The notes below the pieces were generated by a model. It saw only the letters and a list, made by a program, of their open reading frames with translations, was not told the origin of the DNA and did no database searches. From a virus: a stretch of DNA of 64,000 bases. The DNA is taken from positions 45,430 to 109,429 of IMG/VR virus record IMGVR_UViG_3300031413_000005. One strand, 5' to 3'. Below are positions 62,830 through 64,000 of the stretch, one piece after another (position 1 is the stretch's first letter; each line of letters starts with the position of its first letter). The position numbers and the translations under genes were made by a program.

Positions 62830-63011
62830 GCGACTGCCCCGTGACCGCAGCGGAGACGGAGCTTGCCAGGGATGCGTGCGGCCGAAGGGATCTCGAGGGG
62901 CTCGCTCTCACCGCGCACCAGGCGCTGCCACTGCTTCGTGGTGATGCCGCTGGTGGCACCGGTGGGGCACTTGGTCACCGCGATCGGTGGCTTTGCGAGA
63001 GAGACTGCCAT
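62826..63011 (-). CDS. hypothetical protein
   Basis: TGAAAGGT RBS. Confidence 0.5.
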   Translation of the reverse strand: MAVSLAKPPIAVTKCPTGATSGITTKQWQRLVRGESEPLEIPSAARIPGKLRLRCGHGAVA

Positions 63012-63144
63012 TTCGAGAACCTTTCATTTGCTAGTCAGCACCGCTGCTGACCATTTGCTTATCGAGCATGTCCGATAGGCACGCGAATGGCTGATTGAGC
63101 TGTGCGCAAGGTGCCGCACGTCAGCGCGGAGCCAGCGGTATATG

Positions 63145-63352
63145 CCGGCGCCATGGCATCCCATGGGAGCGGACGAACTATGTGCGCCGAGCGAGGGAGC
63201 CATGGGGAGCCTGGTGTGCGTGGACCCAGCTGGAGCCATGGGAGGCCGCGGGAGCCTCTATACGCCTAGCCAGCTGTGCTCACGGAGCCTCCCGTACTCG
63301 GGAGCCGCGGCCGTCACGGAGCCTCCCGTATTCCATGGGACGCCATGGCGCG
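63145..63352. repeat. second cluster of CCATGG / GGAGCC / CACGGAGCCTCCCGTA motifs
   Basis: six CCATGG plus a 16-bp direct repeat (63281, 63315). Confidence 0.55.
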
Positions 63353-63471
63353 CGGATTGCGGACAAGCAAAAGGCGGCAGGATCGCTCCTACCGCCTCGT
63401 GCCCGCGACCAGGGGTAGAAAGGTCCGAAGACCCCCTGGCAACTCGGTAACTGGTTTATGGCGTGGTCAGC

Positions 63472-63672
63472 TCACTCGGTCAAGTCGGGAGCGCGTGGGA
63501 TTTTGCGAGAGGGGCGATCTGAATAAGCAGCCATGCCGCGATCGTCCTCCTCCCAGCCATCGCTCTGTGCTTGCTCGGCCTGCCGTGCGATCGCGCGCTC
63601 ATTGAGCTGATCGTAGAGGGCCTTCCATACAGCGAGACGCGCGCGGGTTCTGCGAAGCCATGACGCGATCAT
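63472..63672 (-). CDS. hypothetical protein
   Basis: ATGA coupling. Confidence 0.4.
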   Translation of the reverse strand: MIASWLRRTRARLAVWKALYDQLNERAIARQAEQAQSDGWEEDDRGMAAYSDRPSRKIPRAPDLTE

Positions 63673-63881
63673 CGCGGCTCGAGCCATTCGTTATCGCCCA
63701 TCACGGTGATCTCGGCCGAGCCTTCACGACCTGCGATGGCATCGAGCTCCTCCAGCAACGCGGCGATCGCCTGCTCGTTCTCATCCGAAGCCCCGGCCAG
63801 CGCAGGCGCCATCTCGAGGCCGGTCGTGATGACCGATGCCAGGAGGGAGAGCTTGGTCTTGTCGAGTGAGAATGAAGCCAT
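63669..63881 (-). CDS. hypothetical protein
   Basis: MASFSLDKTKLSLL... Confidence 0.5.
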   Translation of the reverse strand: MASFSLDKTKLSLLASVITTGLEMAPALAGASDENEQAIAALLEELDAIAGREGSAEITVMGDNEWLEPR

Positions 63882-64000
63882 GATCGCTGTCTCTTTCGTA
63901 GCTCGCTGCACCGCTGCAACGCATGATCTAAATGCGCTCGATCGTGGTGGCATGCGAATGGCTGATGCAGCGGCTCGAGCGGTCCCGAGCGAAACCCGAG

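Noticed and set aside
58950-64000. tRNA or known ncRNA in the non-coding stretches
   Set aside because: No cloverleaf or T-loop consensus found by eye; a tRNAscan/Infernal run would be needed to exclude this fully.

Overview
The whole window is part of a GC-rich temperate siphovirus-type phage-plasmid. Its gene set resembles SSU5/pHCM2-like elements, and the host is probably alphaproteobacterial (inferred from the RPA-family Rep, the GANTC-rich origin and promoter style). 1-46 kb is on the minus strand: CobS/CobT-like AAA+/vWA genes, an XRE HTH, an iteron origin with RepA, a mini kinase, primase, DnaB-like helicase, PhoH, a lysis cassette, a lambda-like tail (fibre, J, K, L, M, tape measure, G/GT frameshift, tube), neck, capsid, scaffold, an inserted tail-tube-paralog/SGNH plus GH5 pair, portal, terminase, and a ParB-N/ABC-ATPase/GNAT cluster. 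46-60 kb is on the plus strand: SF2 helicase, nucleotide kinases, parA with a small partner, spanins, ligase, dCMP deaminase, exonuclease, many small ORFs and a Doc-like TA pair. 60-64 kb is a repeat-rich region of small ORFs. The main unexplained features are: (1) about 27 copies of a 24-bp element, TGCATG-GTAGACNACACA-CATGCA, oriented with transcription, built into promoters (several apparently leaderless) and sometimes translated; (2) a split CobT whose N-terminal half ends in a sigma70 region-4-like HTH; (3) a duplicated tail-tube gene fused to Calx-beta/SGNH domains and coupled to a secreted GH5 glucanase; (4) iterons encoded inside RepA. No integrase, tRNA, rRNA or CRISPR array was seen. 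All product calls come from motif recognition by eye, not database searches.
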